From Paraspadella gotoi (Eukaryota > Animalia > Chaetognatha), in assembly GCA_051294375.1 (NCBI GenBank), contig JBJCIZ010000653.1, positions 1 to 20,045 of the forward strand: a DNA stretch of 20,045 bases, given 5' to 3'. A model generated the notes under the pieces. The model saw nothing but the letters and a program-made list of their open reading frames with translations. It was not told where the DNA came from and searched no databases. Position numbers and translations under genes: made by a program. This document shows positions 1 through 11,670 of the stretch, one piece after another (within the stretch, counting starts at the first letter, position 1; every line of letters begins with the position of its first letter).

Positions 1-1446
1 CCATTTGACCTTACTACAAAATGTAGAATCCGTACATAAAAAATATGTCTCATAAATCCTATCGTAACTTTTTTCTGCAGCTCGCCCAAAATAATTCGAA
101 AAATCTTCCAATTTACTGTCAAATCTTGAACAAAAAATATTTATTCCGAGTCAGTAAGGGAGAATAGCACCAATATACAAAAATCGAAAATTATTAATAA
201 ATAAATTAAATTTTTTTAAAAACCCTACTTCCATGTCACTTAAAATTAATAATATACTTATCATTCTCTATATTTTAAGAATATCCTGGTGAAGTCAATA
301 ACCAATAAGCTAGCTCTCTAAGAAGTATGCAGTGTCTAACACTAGTAAAAATAAATACATCAAAAAAATTCAAATCTGAAAAAATAAATTATCATCTAGT
401 GAATTACGTGGTAAGGTACAATCCCTATGGGGAAAATTCGGCCGAAGCGAAAACTAAGCAAAATAAGGAAAAACGAATTTTCTTTTTTCGCCGAAGCCTC
501 TGTTAAAATAATTTCGGTTTTATGCATAGCAATAAAATGAAAAAATATAACATACAAAGAGTAAGTTCTTTGGAGGTGAGGTATCGTATTTTATTTTAAC
601 TTTCCCCTAACTAAATCAAAGCGGATGATTTATTGAAAATCGATCTGCAAGATCGCAAATTTTTTCATTCGGGCGATCCGCTTCACGAACGCGCGCCGCC
701 CGTACGAGTCGTTGCTAGGCACACCTTTCTGATAAACGCCGGGCCCCACATGCTCGTTCAACTTGGTTTTCGTCTACAAGAAGAGCGAGTAGGGCCTAGA
801 CCGACTCTGGGAATCTCAATGTGGATGAAGATGTCGGCTCCCGTGACGTTTTAAAGGTACTGATTAGATTCCCTGGCGCCGCAAGGCCGTGAAACGAATG
901 GAATCGCCTCACTAGATCGGAATGCTTCGCCCAGTCAGGAGGACAGCGATTGGAAGCCAGTCTTACCCCCGCAAGTCGAACTGAAGGAGACAAAACTAAC
1001 GAAGAGGCGAGAGTTTTCATACCAAGCACAAATTCGTCAAAGATGTCGAATGACCCGAAAATAAAAACATGAGAAATAAGTTCCATCTATTAAACCGAAA
1101 ATTATTTTTTACAATTAGCGAAGAGGCGTTTTCGCTGTCGAATGATATCGACGAGAGACTCGAGGGATGCTTCTTGCCGCAGATCACGTTGAAAACTAAA
1201 AAAGTTTATAACACGCGCGAACGAAATCAGCAATGACGATCCAGCATCCACGAGGCAACGGAAAACATGGGCGGAGAACGGGACACGCATCGACGAGGAC
1301 GGAGCCACCCGCGACAACTCGGCGACGAGACCGGATGTTCTTTGGTTTCCATGGAGACTAGACGCTCATTATTTGGCCACGTCGATCCAATATCCAAAGA
1401 AATCAGCCCGCATCATGGAATCATTCCATATCACCATTTTTCCGTG

Positions 1447-1468
1447 ATATATATATATATATATATAT
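1447..1468. repeat. (TA)n microsatellite
   Basis: Direct reading: atatatatatatatatatatat. Confidence 0.9.
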
Positions 1469-4400
1469 TCGTCTACCAAGACGATCCATGAATTTAGATA
1501 ATTCGATATTTGAAAAACGAGAAAAACGCGTTTTTTTTTTAACTCGAATTTACTATATTTGACGATAAGCGAAAATCGCCATTAAAAAATAACGAATTTA
1601 AAACATGAACTTATCTCGAACGGTGGGACGAATTAGGCGACATTATGGATAATAATTTTACTCAGACTAAACTTTGACGCGACGTAACATAACAACGCCG
1701 CAGGCATCTCGGAGGCATCCAGAATAAGAACATCTCCGGCGTCGTCTCTGTAGGCCTGATCGCGATCCAGAGACAATATCTCGATGGAAGAAAATTACAT
1801 TGCATCCAGTCCTCGGCCCGTTTAAACGTATCGTCGACCAAATTCGCTCCTCAGCGAAGCCACCCTGCACGTTGAAGACACGCTTCGCTGATGGCGCCGG
1901 AAAATATCGGCGTCGAAATGTCGCCGAAACTCACGGCTGAGCTGCACGTTGCCGACATCGATACGGAGTCAGGTTGCCAAATGAATTTCCACGGCGCTCG
2001 ACGACCCATGGCCGATCAGATCGTCGACGGTCCCGTCATCTTTGTAGAGAAGGAATCTTTCTACCGCGGCAAATTCGATTCTCGGACTCCACGAGATGAA
2101 TAAAAAGAGAGAAATCTTTTCTCGCGCTGGTGATGCGTCGTCACCACACGCAAGAACGTCGACGGCGAAGGACATCCTCCATATCCTGTTGGAACGCATC
2201 GTCAACTGAAGAATCTTCAATTTTCCACCTTTGGCCTAGGGAGTATAGACTCAGAGCCGAGATAAAAATATTTAACGAGACTAAGCTGAATTTTCAATCA
2301 CTTTGTAAAAATAGATATTTTTAAAAACAAAAACGCAATATCTCCATAATCCAAATAATACAAAGCTGAACACTGTCGTTGCTCAGACGACGATCGCGAT
2401 GGCGCGCAGGGCAGAAACGCGCCTCTGCTCGACGACCTAAACAGCAAAGTCACGTAGCCTTTCGCACGGCGCGGTCTGACCATTCTGGCGCGGCGTCAGA
2501 CTAGATTTCTCCCGCTGCTCTTCAATGCCGAATTGCTTGAAGATACTTTTGAAAATCCCACGATCTCGACGGGGCTCAATCCGTCTAGTGGAGAAGCGGA
2601 TGATGATTTCTTCCACAAAAGCAGCGCTCCTTTATCGGGCAGATTTCGACACCGATGACCGTTCCCAAGCAGTTGAAGCAGCGGGCTTGAGAGACGCACA
2701 GTTTTCGACATCTGCGGGCCACAGTCGTTGAAATTTTTCGCAGCTGTGCAAATAATGGCGTCCCTTGCAAAAGTGAGCATGGAATAAAAGTTTTCGATCC
2801 CGGCGTGGACGACGACGCCGACTCTGAGACGGCGTTCCGTTGATACAGGAACGGCTGCGGCGGCCACCGAAGCGATCTTTTTCTTCGATGCTTTGACCGC
2901 TGATGCGGCGTTGACCCTCGCCGCCATCTTCGTTCTGCTCGTCGCCGCTGAATCTTTTCCATTTTTCGCCGGTCTGAAATCGAGAACTTCTGATTTATGG
3001 CAAGAAAAGACAAAAATCAATAAAGGAGAGATGCGTCGATTCCATGATTCTGTCTAAAAATAACCACTTTTTTCGCCCACTTATCTGAAGGTGTGGCATC
3101 CGTTTGGAGAGCAGATCGCCATGACGGCCGCACGGTCGAGGTCTGCGAGTCGGTCCGTCTCCTTCGCGAGGTCGTACACCTGCTGCAAAGTGATCAGAAG
3201 ACCATGATGACCCGCTGAGTCCTTTCGATCGAAGCTTAGGACCGCCGAGGATCTGTTCAATCATTTCGTTCGCCGTCGTCCGCTTCATTCCCCACTTTCT
3301 CTTGAGAACGCAAGGGCGTCACTAAGAGCCGCGTAGCGTCTAACCGCAGATAGATATCGATCGATGGAACGCTTGGGAAGACCGTCGAACCAGTGAGGAA
3401 GCTCCTTCAACTTCATTGGATCCGTAGCGCCCTCCAACGCGCAGACGCTGACGTTAAAATCGCGAAGTTGGCGCTCAAGTCCTAAACGCGACGAAGTCTC
3501 GTCGACCTTGACCTTTGGCGCTGCTGCTGAAGCATTTGGTAGGCGAGCATTTGAGCTTGAATCTCCAAAAAACCCGTCGCCATTGCAGCGGAGCGGACGA
3601 AGGCTGCCTCGAACGGCGCCGCATCTGAGGATGACGCCGTTTGATGCCTTGAGGCGACAGAGACGTTCGTTACCGCATCAGTCGGCGAAACGTCCCTTTC
3701 AATAACGCCGGCGTTTCGGCGTTCAACGCCGCAGCGGCAGGAACGCCGGCAGGCGTGGCAGGCGTGAACTGGGGGGAGGATTCACTCCCCTCGTTCTCGA
3801 CGCCTCACGACGCAATCCATCATTGAAGAGGTCCTTATTGCGTCGCGCAAAAACTCCATTGAAACGAACTGCGGATTTGGCGGATCAGCGGCGGGCGGAA
3901 TGCCATCGGCTTCCGTTCCAACGCCCACCGCCTCCTCGCATCCAGGTTCCGGTTCGGCGGATGACGTTCACGTGTCGTCGACGAATTGACGCCGACTTCG
4001 TTGAGACGTGACGGCGATTCATGGCAGTGAATCGTCAAATCATTCGACGGAGATGGAGCTTGAAGACGGTTGACGAGCTGTTGGAGAGAGGGCTCATGAC
4101 GGGGGGAGTTTGACTGAGCCACGACCCACTCGGCCGTACGCGATGTCGCTGAAGCGTATGACGTTGAAACAGGTCTCTCTCGACTTCGCCAAGAACTCGT
4201 ATTACCGGCCTCTGCAAATCGCTTCTTCTCTCAATTCCTTTCCATTCTCGTCCTACTTGCGTTTTCGGCGGCAGCGGCGGCACACACGTCGTAGTCCGCC
4301 GATTCACACAACTCTCTCATCTATCCGACACTCCATGAAGATTCGAAACTGAACAAAAATCTTGCGCACTTCATCGACGCCGACGCGAGACGCTTCATCA

Positions 4401-5864
4401 ATAATCGAGCTACCATCCGAATTCTCGTTGGCGACAAGATTGATGTTTGTTGAAGACTCGTTCTCTCGTCGATCCAGATGTAATTGGCGACGTCGTCCCT
4501 GGAGATGCCGCGGCAGGCCGTGCTGCGATGCTGAGCAAAGCGCCAGACCGGCTGACAACTCCTGGGCTAACGCATCCACATCTTCGTTGTCGATAGTTGC
4601 ATGAGTGAAGTTGATATTTCTCTCTGTGCGCTGATCTTCCGTCAACGCCGAAACGGCGTCAAACGGGGTAATGATGGACGTTGCTGATTCGATGTCATCT
4701 TCAAGAGTCGGTGGAGGGGACGGTAATGGTCGGGTTGGACGCAGCGTAGTCATCGTCGGATGGTTTGCAGCTGAAGGACAGGTTGGGCGTCAAAGTCCCG
4801 ATTCCTTCTGCGTCGTCATCATCCGTGCTGCGGCGGATACGGAGCGTCTGTCGATCCTATGCTTTCAACCGATGAAACACGTGTCGACATAGAATTGGCC
4901 GCGAATCAAGCTGAGGCAATTGCCGAGGATGTTGCTGAGACGATCGAGGAACTCCGACAAAAGTTCCAACGCCTCGTCATTCCATCTACCTCTTTCAATC
5001 GTGGAACGGATGATTTCACAAGTTGCCTTTAGAGTCTTACAAACGAGCGGCGAAGTCCACAAAAGACGCCGAAAGGGGAGTTCCTTGAAGGCTTTCGGCA
5101 CTCGAGCTTCTCGACGTATTTTGATTGCTGGCGCGCTTATTTCTTCCCGTTCCTATTCGTCGCCGCGATGGCACAACTGACGGCGTTGAAGTTGAAGGAA
5201 GGCTTCACGAAGTTCGGTGGCAGCCAAAAACGCGAAAACGAAGAAATAAAACAAGTCGAAACCGGACTTCAATCTCACTGCCAGTTTTCGAGAAGGAGCG
5301 GCGATGCACAGTCCGTCAACGTCTCCAAAATACGTTCGACGGCGTCGTCGCTAGTCCGAGGATCCCTAATCGCAATGAAAGCAGTCCCGAAGGCGCCGCC
5401 GGATCCTTACGTCCGTCGAAGGCGTTGCAAGGGCCTTCGATTGATGGAAGTACGTCGACTCGTTCGACACCCTAGAGATCGACGCAGGTGGATCTTCTTC
5501 CCGTGGAATCCGCAAACTCCGCCGAGGATTAGAGAGCCTTCGACGAAGCACTTGAGCAGGTGTTCCGCAAAACGAAGACTTCTAATGTATTGAACTAAGT
5601 TCGGAGAAGTGGCGTCTTTGAATTCTAAACTGACTAGGCTAATTCTGCACATTGAAGACCAGATGGAATTGGGTATAAAATGGCGCAGAAGAGACGATGG
5701 CGCCGGTCCAGACGCCCTGGAGATGCTGACGACAAAGTCTCAGTAGACGACGTCGGCTAAGGCCGAAATGACGACTATCTACGAAGCCCAGGACTTGACG
5801 AAATGTCTGTAAGTCTGATGCGGTAAAGCTTGCTGAAGTAGAGTCTGTAAAGAGGTTAGAAGTC

Positions 5865-5935
5865 CTGGGCAAAGAATAACAAAACATTTAGTACAAACTC
5901 AGCAAATATATATAAATTTAAAGTGTCTTTCTTAC
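5865..5935 (-). other. Putative 71-nt spliceosomal intron
   Basis: Minus strand reads GTAAGAAAG...TACTAAAT...TTCTTTGCCCAG (donor, branch-like site, pyrimidine tract, acceptor). Removing it joins WFGGLFYEEKHLFLVNIGFRNK in frame to TSNLFTDSTSASF. Confidence 0.6.
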
Positions 5936-6419
5936 TTGTTTCTGAAGCCAATATTAACCAAAAAGAGATGCTTCTCTTCATAGAAAAGTCCACCAAACCA
6001 GCGATCACACAAAAATAAGATTCCGAGATATCTGATAAGAGTCTAAATAAGCTCTGAAAAGAACTAAAAACCCAGTGACAACTTTGAGATCTGAAGATGC
6101 ACGTGAGCAGAAATTTAAGAGGATGACGATTTAGAAATCTTAATCGACAATCTACTCGAAATCACGGGCACGCTATTGCTAGAAATCACTGTCACACTGC
6201 CTTCGGAATTCTGTACTTATAGGTATAACAACAAAAGAGAGATTTCCTAAATAGTATGTCGGAAATGGTCGATACGCTAGATAGGACGCAGCATTTTCGA
6301 TCGTCAGTAATTCAAAGAGCATATAAGAGCAACTGGGGAAAATGCGTAAGATGTGAAGCTGGATTTTCCTCGAAATATTAAAGATAGTTATTTCGTCAAC
6401 AAAGGTAGAAATCTCTTAA

Positions 6420-6585
6420 ACAAAAAATATCTTAAATCAATATGAACGATTGTGATTTTAAAAGTCTTGATGACTGATGCATGATGGATTATCTTACAAA
6501 ATAAAATATACAGCTTTTACATACTTTCAATTTGAAAAAATTTAACAATTTTCATTGTAAACAATTGTACTTTTTTTGTCTTTTC
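6420..6585 (-). repeat. Inverted diverged copy of the AT-rich repeat at ~13180-13345
   Basis: caaaaaatatcttaaatcaatatgaa...gtgattttaaaagt...ttgtaaacaatt matches the reverse complement of aattgtttacaa...acttttaaaatcac...ttcatattgattcaagtattttttg. Confidence 0.7.
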
Positions 6586-7019
6586 TTTCTCTTTTTTGGA
6601 AAAAGCTTTTAATTAGCGAAACTTATAGGCAATTCTAATTACAAAACTGTCTCGTGCGAATTACACGACAAATCACTCTGGCGTCCACAAGTCTTGATGA
6701 AAATCATTTGAAAAGGAAAATTTTTCTCTTAAAAACGAGAGAAAATGATAATTTTAGAAAGTCTTCATGGTCAGCATTTATTATTTCTTTAATTATATCT
6801 CTTTCTTTTTTTGTTTGATTTCTTTCTAATTATTTTTTAGTCACTTTTTTTTTTTCAGCCACGCGTCACTTGGCGACGAGTAAACGATGTTCCGCCTATG
6901 CAGTTCGTCTGTTTCAGCTTCTTTCTCCTCGCTCTCTCTTCTCTCTTTCTGTCTCTTCTCTTCTTTACGATCTCTTAGCGTGATCGTTCGTTTTTTTGAA
7001 AAATATCTGATTATTTTGT

Positions 7020-7290
7020 TTCCTCTAAAAATTTTATTAAATCGCCGATTTAATTCCGCGCTTGTTTTTTTTCAATACATAAATACAAATTTATTATCTG
7101 AGATTTCGTGGATCTTTTTTGAGAAATATGTGATGAATAACTTACAATTGACCTGGATTTCGTGGCCGTGTGCAGGGCAAACGAGTAGACAATGTCAAGG
7201 AACACTTGTACCTAAAAACGCGTTTTGATGGCAATGGACAACGTTAGTGTATAATAGGATCAACTTGACGCGAGATCACGCCGCCGTTGC
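7020..7290 (+). repeat. Dispersed non-autonomous repeat (MITE-like family) copy
   Basis: Core cgccatttattccgcgcttttttctcaatacaaaat recurs at ~7040, ~7400, ~7685, ~10470, ~13915 (inverted), ~14650 and ~17820. 7060-7255 aligns with 14650-14840 (acctggatttcgtg...acgagta..caatgtc..ggaaca...aacgcgttttgatggcaatgga). Confidence 0.75.
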
Positions 7291-7544
7291 CGGAGCCAAC
7301 GATATAATCTCGATATAAATTGGAAAGATAATACGGTTTTCTTTTTATTTTCTCTCTCTCTCTCTCTGATTATTTTTTCCTTCTAATAACTTTTATTCTA
7401 TCACCATTTTATTCCGCGCTTTTTTTCTCTTTTACCTGGATTCGTGGCCGTTGCGAACATGACCTAATAACGCGATAACGCGATATTTAATTATTATTAT
7501 TTGGAAGTCCCAACTATATATTTGTTAATAGGGATTGATATTTT

Positions 7545-8180
7545 TACAATGTACAAAAAATTTCTTACATGGCTTCTTTTTCTTGCTCGTCTCTCTCTCT
7601 CTTTCTCGTCTCGCCTCCTCTCTTCTCTCTCTTTTTAACTCTCTCTCTCTCTCTCTCTTTTTTCCTTCTAAAAAACTTTTATATCGCCATTTATTCGCGC
7701 TTTTTTCTCAAAATACAAAATCCAAATTTACATCCGAGTATTTTTCGTGATTTTTTCCTAAAAATTCTGATTTATTCTTTAATATAACGAAGAAAAAGGA
7801 AGACCATATAATGCGTTTCGTTGGCGGAAAACTGTCCAGCCTCTCTCTCTCAATCTCTCTCTCTTCTCTTCACTCATACACGCATTTGTTTGTTTTATTT
7901 ACGAATGAATGAATTCATCGCGTCAATGAATTACTATCATCGCATCAATGAATGACTATCATCGTATCATGAATGATTATTCATGCATATCAATGAATGA
8001 CTATCATCGCGATAGAACAATCATTTGATTATCATCACACTACATAATTTACCGTCATTTTGTTATCATCGCAATCAATTATTGGTTATCATACGCGTCA
8101 ATATATTGGATTAAACAATACAAGAGGCATCAATATACTTGAGTTATTACATCGCAAGTACAATAATTTTGGTTACCATG
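7545..8180 (+). repeat. Composite repeat copy 1: CT tract, MITE-like core and ~20-bp atcatcgcatcaatgaatgact minisatellite
   Basis: Collinear with 10199-10990 (caatgtacaaaaaatttctta.atggct ... cactcatacacgc..tttgttttatttacga...gtcaatgaat.actatcatcgcatca). Confidence 0.75.
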
Positions 8181-8440
8181 AAAGCGGCTCGAATCCTTAT
8201 GCTTTTAAGATATTTTTGTGACCTGTTTTTCTTTGCATTTACTTCGACAAAATGGAACTATGGTTAAGAAACAATGATGTAACCGAAATATATTGCCTCA
8301 TAATAATAAGCATATAATAGTATTGCGTTTTCCCTCATAAACGATGTTAATCACCAATACTATGTACTCATACCGCATATACGATGACGCTCAAGCAATA
8401 TAACTTTTTACACAGTAATTTTCTAAAGTTCTCGACTTCT

Positions 8441-8466
8441 GATTGGTCCAGTGAAGTCACGTGACT
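8441..8466. promoter_or_regulatory. Reverse CCAAT box (GATTGG) next to a perfect 12-bp palindrome AGTCACGTGACT (E-box)
   Basis: Motifs read directly at 8441-8446 and 8455-8466. Function is unproven and no linked gene was seen. Confidence 0.25.
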
Positions 8467-8649
8467 CATTTTTTCAACGTCGAAATTTGGAGTATGTTTA
8501 GTTTCTGGCTAATATTTTGAAACAAATTACCTGAATTATTTCAGTTCTTTTACTTTAATTCACACAATTTTCGAAAAAAATATTAAAAGTTGTTGCAAAA
8601 CAAAGATTCAAGAAATTAACAATGTTTTAACAAAGAAATTGGCACAAAT

Positions 8650-9633
8650 TCTCAACTGGATATAGTTACTAACCGAATAATATATTAATTTATAGAGGTT
8701 GGCTTTGATTTTGCCTTTAAAAGGATGTTTTGAGAGATAAAGCCGACCCAAACGGCAAGCCAAAGTCAACCAACGTGAATGCGAGATTGGGCTTTTAATT
8801 TGAGGTTCAATTGTTCCGCTTTGAATTGATTTAGCGACGAGGTATAGGTATTTTTGGTCGGAAGATAAATCCGAAAGAAGAACCTCTTCTTTTAACGGCG
8901 AAATCTTAGGAACATCTGAGACGGACAAAAATGTTTAATTCCAGTCTAAATTTTCGACTTTTGGCAAAATCTTTCCTATTGGTCCTTTAAATGAGTTATT
9001 CCCAGTAGTTGGGCCATCAACCGATTGAAAAAGGTGATGAAGACCTAACTCATTTGTATGCAAGCCGCACACGACCCAGTGAACTTTTTCTTCTCGTTCG
9101 TCTTCAATCTTTTTTACTATACCACCGTTTGGTCCAGTATTCACAGCAGTCGAGTCTACGCCGACAACTTTTAAATTTTTGGTCAGATCATTCTCATCAA
9201 GGAATTCCAGAATGGAGTCGGTCGTTGGTCCGGCTGCTTTCCCAGTTGGCGTCACGTGAGAGAGAAACCTTCCATCTGGCTGAGAGACCAAAACGATGTG
9301 CTCCATTTTTTCTTTTTGCTGCCGATGTTTTTCGTTTTCTTCGACGACTTTCAATGTTTTGATTTCTTTGCCGTCAAAGTATACGGCTTCAACAATGTCT
9401 TCCTTTAATCGTCGCGCTTCTTTTTTGCTGCAGTTTTCTCGGACTTTCTTCTTTTCATGTCGAATACGCTGGCGATCAATGACGCAGGAGGTGCTGTCGG
9501 ACGTGACGATGCCGAAGTCAATGAGGACAGCAGTTGCTATCGCCGCAGTCAAACGGTTTAACGCTCCCCATCGCATCGCTTCACGCGCTGTTGTAGGGAG
9601 AGGAGAGATTCGATACGAATCCTCGGAAATGGT
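8650..9633 (-). mobile_element. hAT-superfamily-like (hATm-type) DDE transposase fragment, pseudogenised
   Basis: Motifs AAIATAVLIDFG, VYFDGK, EHIVLVSQP, VDSTAVNTG, CGLHTNEL (CxxH), LSSDQKYL and SHSRWLT. ORFs 8935..9576 and 8608..8928 share a frame and are separated by one in-frame TAA. The frame is open upstream to 9633. The C-terminal part with the catalytic E appears to be missing. Confidence 0.8.
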
Positions 9634-10198
9634 TTATTATTCAAATTACTTCATGTGATAAAAGTTAAAAGTTAAGATAAAAGTTACATTTAAAAAAAAT
9701 CAAAATGCTCCAATCACTACTGTATAAGTATTCATGCAGTGTCATTCCACGGCCCCAAGGCGGCTTACGACCGTCTTCACACTTCCCACAGGGTAGGTAC
9801 CGGGTTGGGATTGAACCCGGTACCATCAAGCTCTTTAAAATTGTCATGTTTCATATCAATATTCCTATTTGTTTATGTTTTATTTACAAAACAAAAACCC
9901 GAGTCCTTCAGAATGGGAGGAGTTTGCGCTACCTCGGACGCCTTAGGTACTTACTTATTTGTTGAGCTTTTCTCTCTCTTAATAATATGTCGCTCTCTCT
10001 TCCTCTTTTTCTCTGTCGCTGCTGCTTCTGATTCCAGCGGCTGTCAGGCTTCTCTCTATCTCTCTTTTAATTATATGTCGCTCTCTCTTTCTCTCTTTTT
10101 TTCTTCTGAAAAGGGGAAGCCCCTCTCAATGGGGTGAATCTAAAATTTAGTATGGGAACATGCTCAAACAAAAATTTATGCATTTTTAAGTATACTTT

Positions 10199-10990
10199 CA
10201 ATGTACAAAAAATTTCTTATATGGCTCTATACCCAAATATTTATTTTTTAATATTTATTTTTAGAAAGGAAAGGAGTTCGACCCTATTCAGATTCGTCTA
10301 AAAACGAGTTCAGCTCTGAAGCGGCTGTCCAGCGGCTGTCCAGCTTTCTCTCTCTCTCTCTGTGTCTCTCTCTCTGTCTCTCTCTGTCTCTCTCTGTACG
10401 ATCTCTTGCGTGATCGTGCGTTTTTCGATAAATTCTGATTATTTTTCTCCTTCTAAAAACTTTTATTGTCGCCATTTATTCCGCGCTTTTTTCTCAATAC
10501 AAAATCCCAAATTTACATCCGAGTTTTTCGTGGATTTATTTTATGGCTCTGAGATTTAGTCAGAATATGTTTTATGTTTGGAAACAAAGTTCGTACACTC
10601 TCTCTCTCTTTCTCTCTCTCTCTCACTCATACACGCGTGTTTGTTTTATTTACGATGAATGACTCATCCCGTCAATGAATGACTATCATCGCATCAGTGA
10701 ATGACTATCATCGCATCAATCATTTGGTTATCTTCGCATCAATTATAGGTTATTATTGCATCAATTTTTGGTTATCATCGCATCAATTATTGGTTATCAT
10801 CGCATCAATTTTTGGTTAACCTCGCATCAATAAATTACTATTACATCAATCAATTACTATTACATAAATTAATCAATTACTATTACATCAATCAATCAAT
10901 TACTATTATATCAATCAATCAATCAATCACTATGGTTATCTTCACATCAATGAATGCTTATCATCATATCAGTGTATAATTATCATCGTA
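10199..10990 (+). repeat. Composite repeat copy 2 with expanded catcgcatcaat / atcaatcaattact minisatellite
   Basis: Collinear with 7545-8180. An inverted partial copy lies at ~12625-12707. Confidence 0.75.
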
Positions 10991-11091
10991 ACATAGTCGA
11001 GGTGAAACCAATGTCCTAAACTCGCTCGCCACTTCTCTTAAGTAGTCAATAATAATCTTCTCTCAAAAATAAAAAACAATTTCTATCTTTT

Positions 11092-11263
11092 TTTTGCCGG
11101 TTTATGGTTTAACTACCAAACAATATTTCTAGTTATCAAGATCCATTAGTGAGGCAGTGAAATATGTTTATATTTTCTTTGTTTCATATCGATTCAAGTA
11201 TTTTTTTTTGAATTTCCACTTCATTATGATTTACTGCAATATGCAAATTAGATTATAGTACTT
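11092..11263 (+). repeat. Left arm of a ~170-bp inverted repeat pair (partner 13424-13607)
   Basis: tttgccggtttatggt..aactaccaaacaat...tttactgcaatatgcaaattagattatagtactt is the reverse complement of aagtactataatctaatttgcatattgcagtaaa...attgtttggtagtt..accataaaccggcaaa. Confidence 0.8.
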
Positions 11264-11458
11264 TTTCATTAATTTTCTTTGATAGTAAGGTCTGTCGAGA
11301 TCCTTATACTTTTAAGATTTTTTTCATTGCCTTTGATAGATATTTACAAAATAAAAGTTTTTATTTGTAATAACCACGATCATTTAATAATTCGGATATG
11401 TTTTGCTTCTTGGTTTTTGAACCTTTATGGGGGACTAAAATCTACCAACCGTTCATCA

Positions 11459-11531
11459 GCGGCCATTGGTGCCGGAGGCAAGTCATTCGCCTCCCAACCC
11501 AAAGGTCCAGGGTTCTAGCCCGGTAGCCGCC
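11459..11531 (+). pseudogene. tRNA-Gly(CCC)-like sequence inside the 5' LTR (Pol III promoter-like)
   Basis: Acceptor GCGGCCA/TAGCCGC, A-box-like TGGTGCCGGAGG, TCGCCTCCCA anticodon region as in tRNA-Gly-CCC, B-box-like GGTTCTAGCCC. The anticodon stem is disrupted. Confidence 0.65.
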
Positions 11532-11532
11532 T

Positions 11533-11608
11533 AGCAGTTAAGAGGAACGGGGCGCTTAACCCGCCTGTAACATGGTGTTACAGTCTGATCCGAAGCTCAG
11601 GGACTGCT
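11533..11608 (+). ncRNA. Candidate P5-type twister ribozyme-like motif, copy 1 (G>A near the putative catalytic GA)
   Basis: P5 AGCAGTT/GACTGCT, P3 CTGTAAC/GTTACAG, P4 TCTGA/TCAGG with loop TCCGAAGC, T1 CCG/CGG, T2 GC/GC, TAA cleavage motif. Confidence 0.4.
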
Positions 11609-11656
11609 TATATTGAACGGTTCTGTCATTAACAACAATTATCACTGTCTTTTCAT

Positions 11657-11670
11657 TGGTGAGCCTGACT
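11657..11670 (+). other. Primer-binding-site-like sequence TGGTGAGCCTGACT
   Basis: Begins with TGG (complement of tRNA CCA) 1 nt after the LTR's terminal CA. Cognate tRNA not identified. Confidence 0.6.

Larger units (their letters stand above)
630..6050 (-). pseudogene. Long decayed (or error-containing) protein-coding region of unknown function, probably spliced
   Basis: GC/CpG-rich island in an AT-rich background. Minus-strand protein-like frames chain together through single stops or frameshifts, e.g. KLAVRLKSGFDLFYFF...HRGDE*EREEISAPAIKIRREARVPKAFKELPF... runs into ORF 4865..5101; also ORFs 4304..4753, 2496..3020 and 796..1086. No family motif recognised. Boundaries approximate. Confidence 0.5.
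11424..11655 (+). repeat. 5' LTR (232 bp; terminal TG altered or lost)
   Basis: Aligns with 11835-12070 and ends ...ctgtcttttca. Confidence 0.85.

Noticed and set aside
630-1086. SGNH/GDSL hydrolase-like domain (VFIFGSFD...)
   Set aside because: Superficial resemblance only. The catalytic GDS and DxxH motifs were not found.
1225-1265. Retroviral aspartic protease motif (CLVDAGSSLLI)
   Set aside because: DAG rather than D[ST]G, and no RT, RNase H or integrase motifs follow.
9009-9658. Plus-strand ORFs of 117 and 120 aa
   Set aside because: Antisense shadows of the transposase frame.
11459-11531. Functional tRNA-Gly gene
   Set aside because: The anticodon stem cannot pair (TTCGC/CCCAA), the D-arm is poor, and the sequence lies inside an LTR.
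11585-11600. Hammerhead ribozyme core (CTGAT...GAA)
   Set aside because: Lacks CUGANGA and GAAA. The segment fits a twister-like P4/L4 better.
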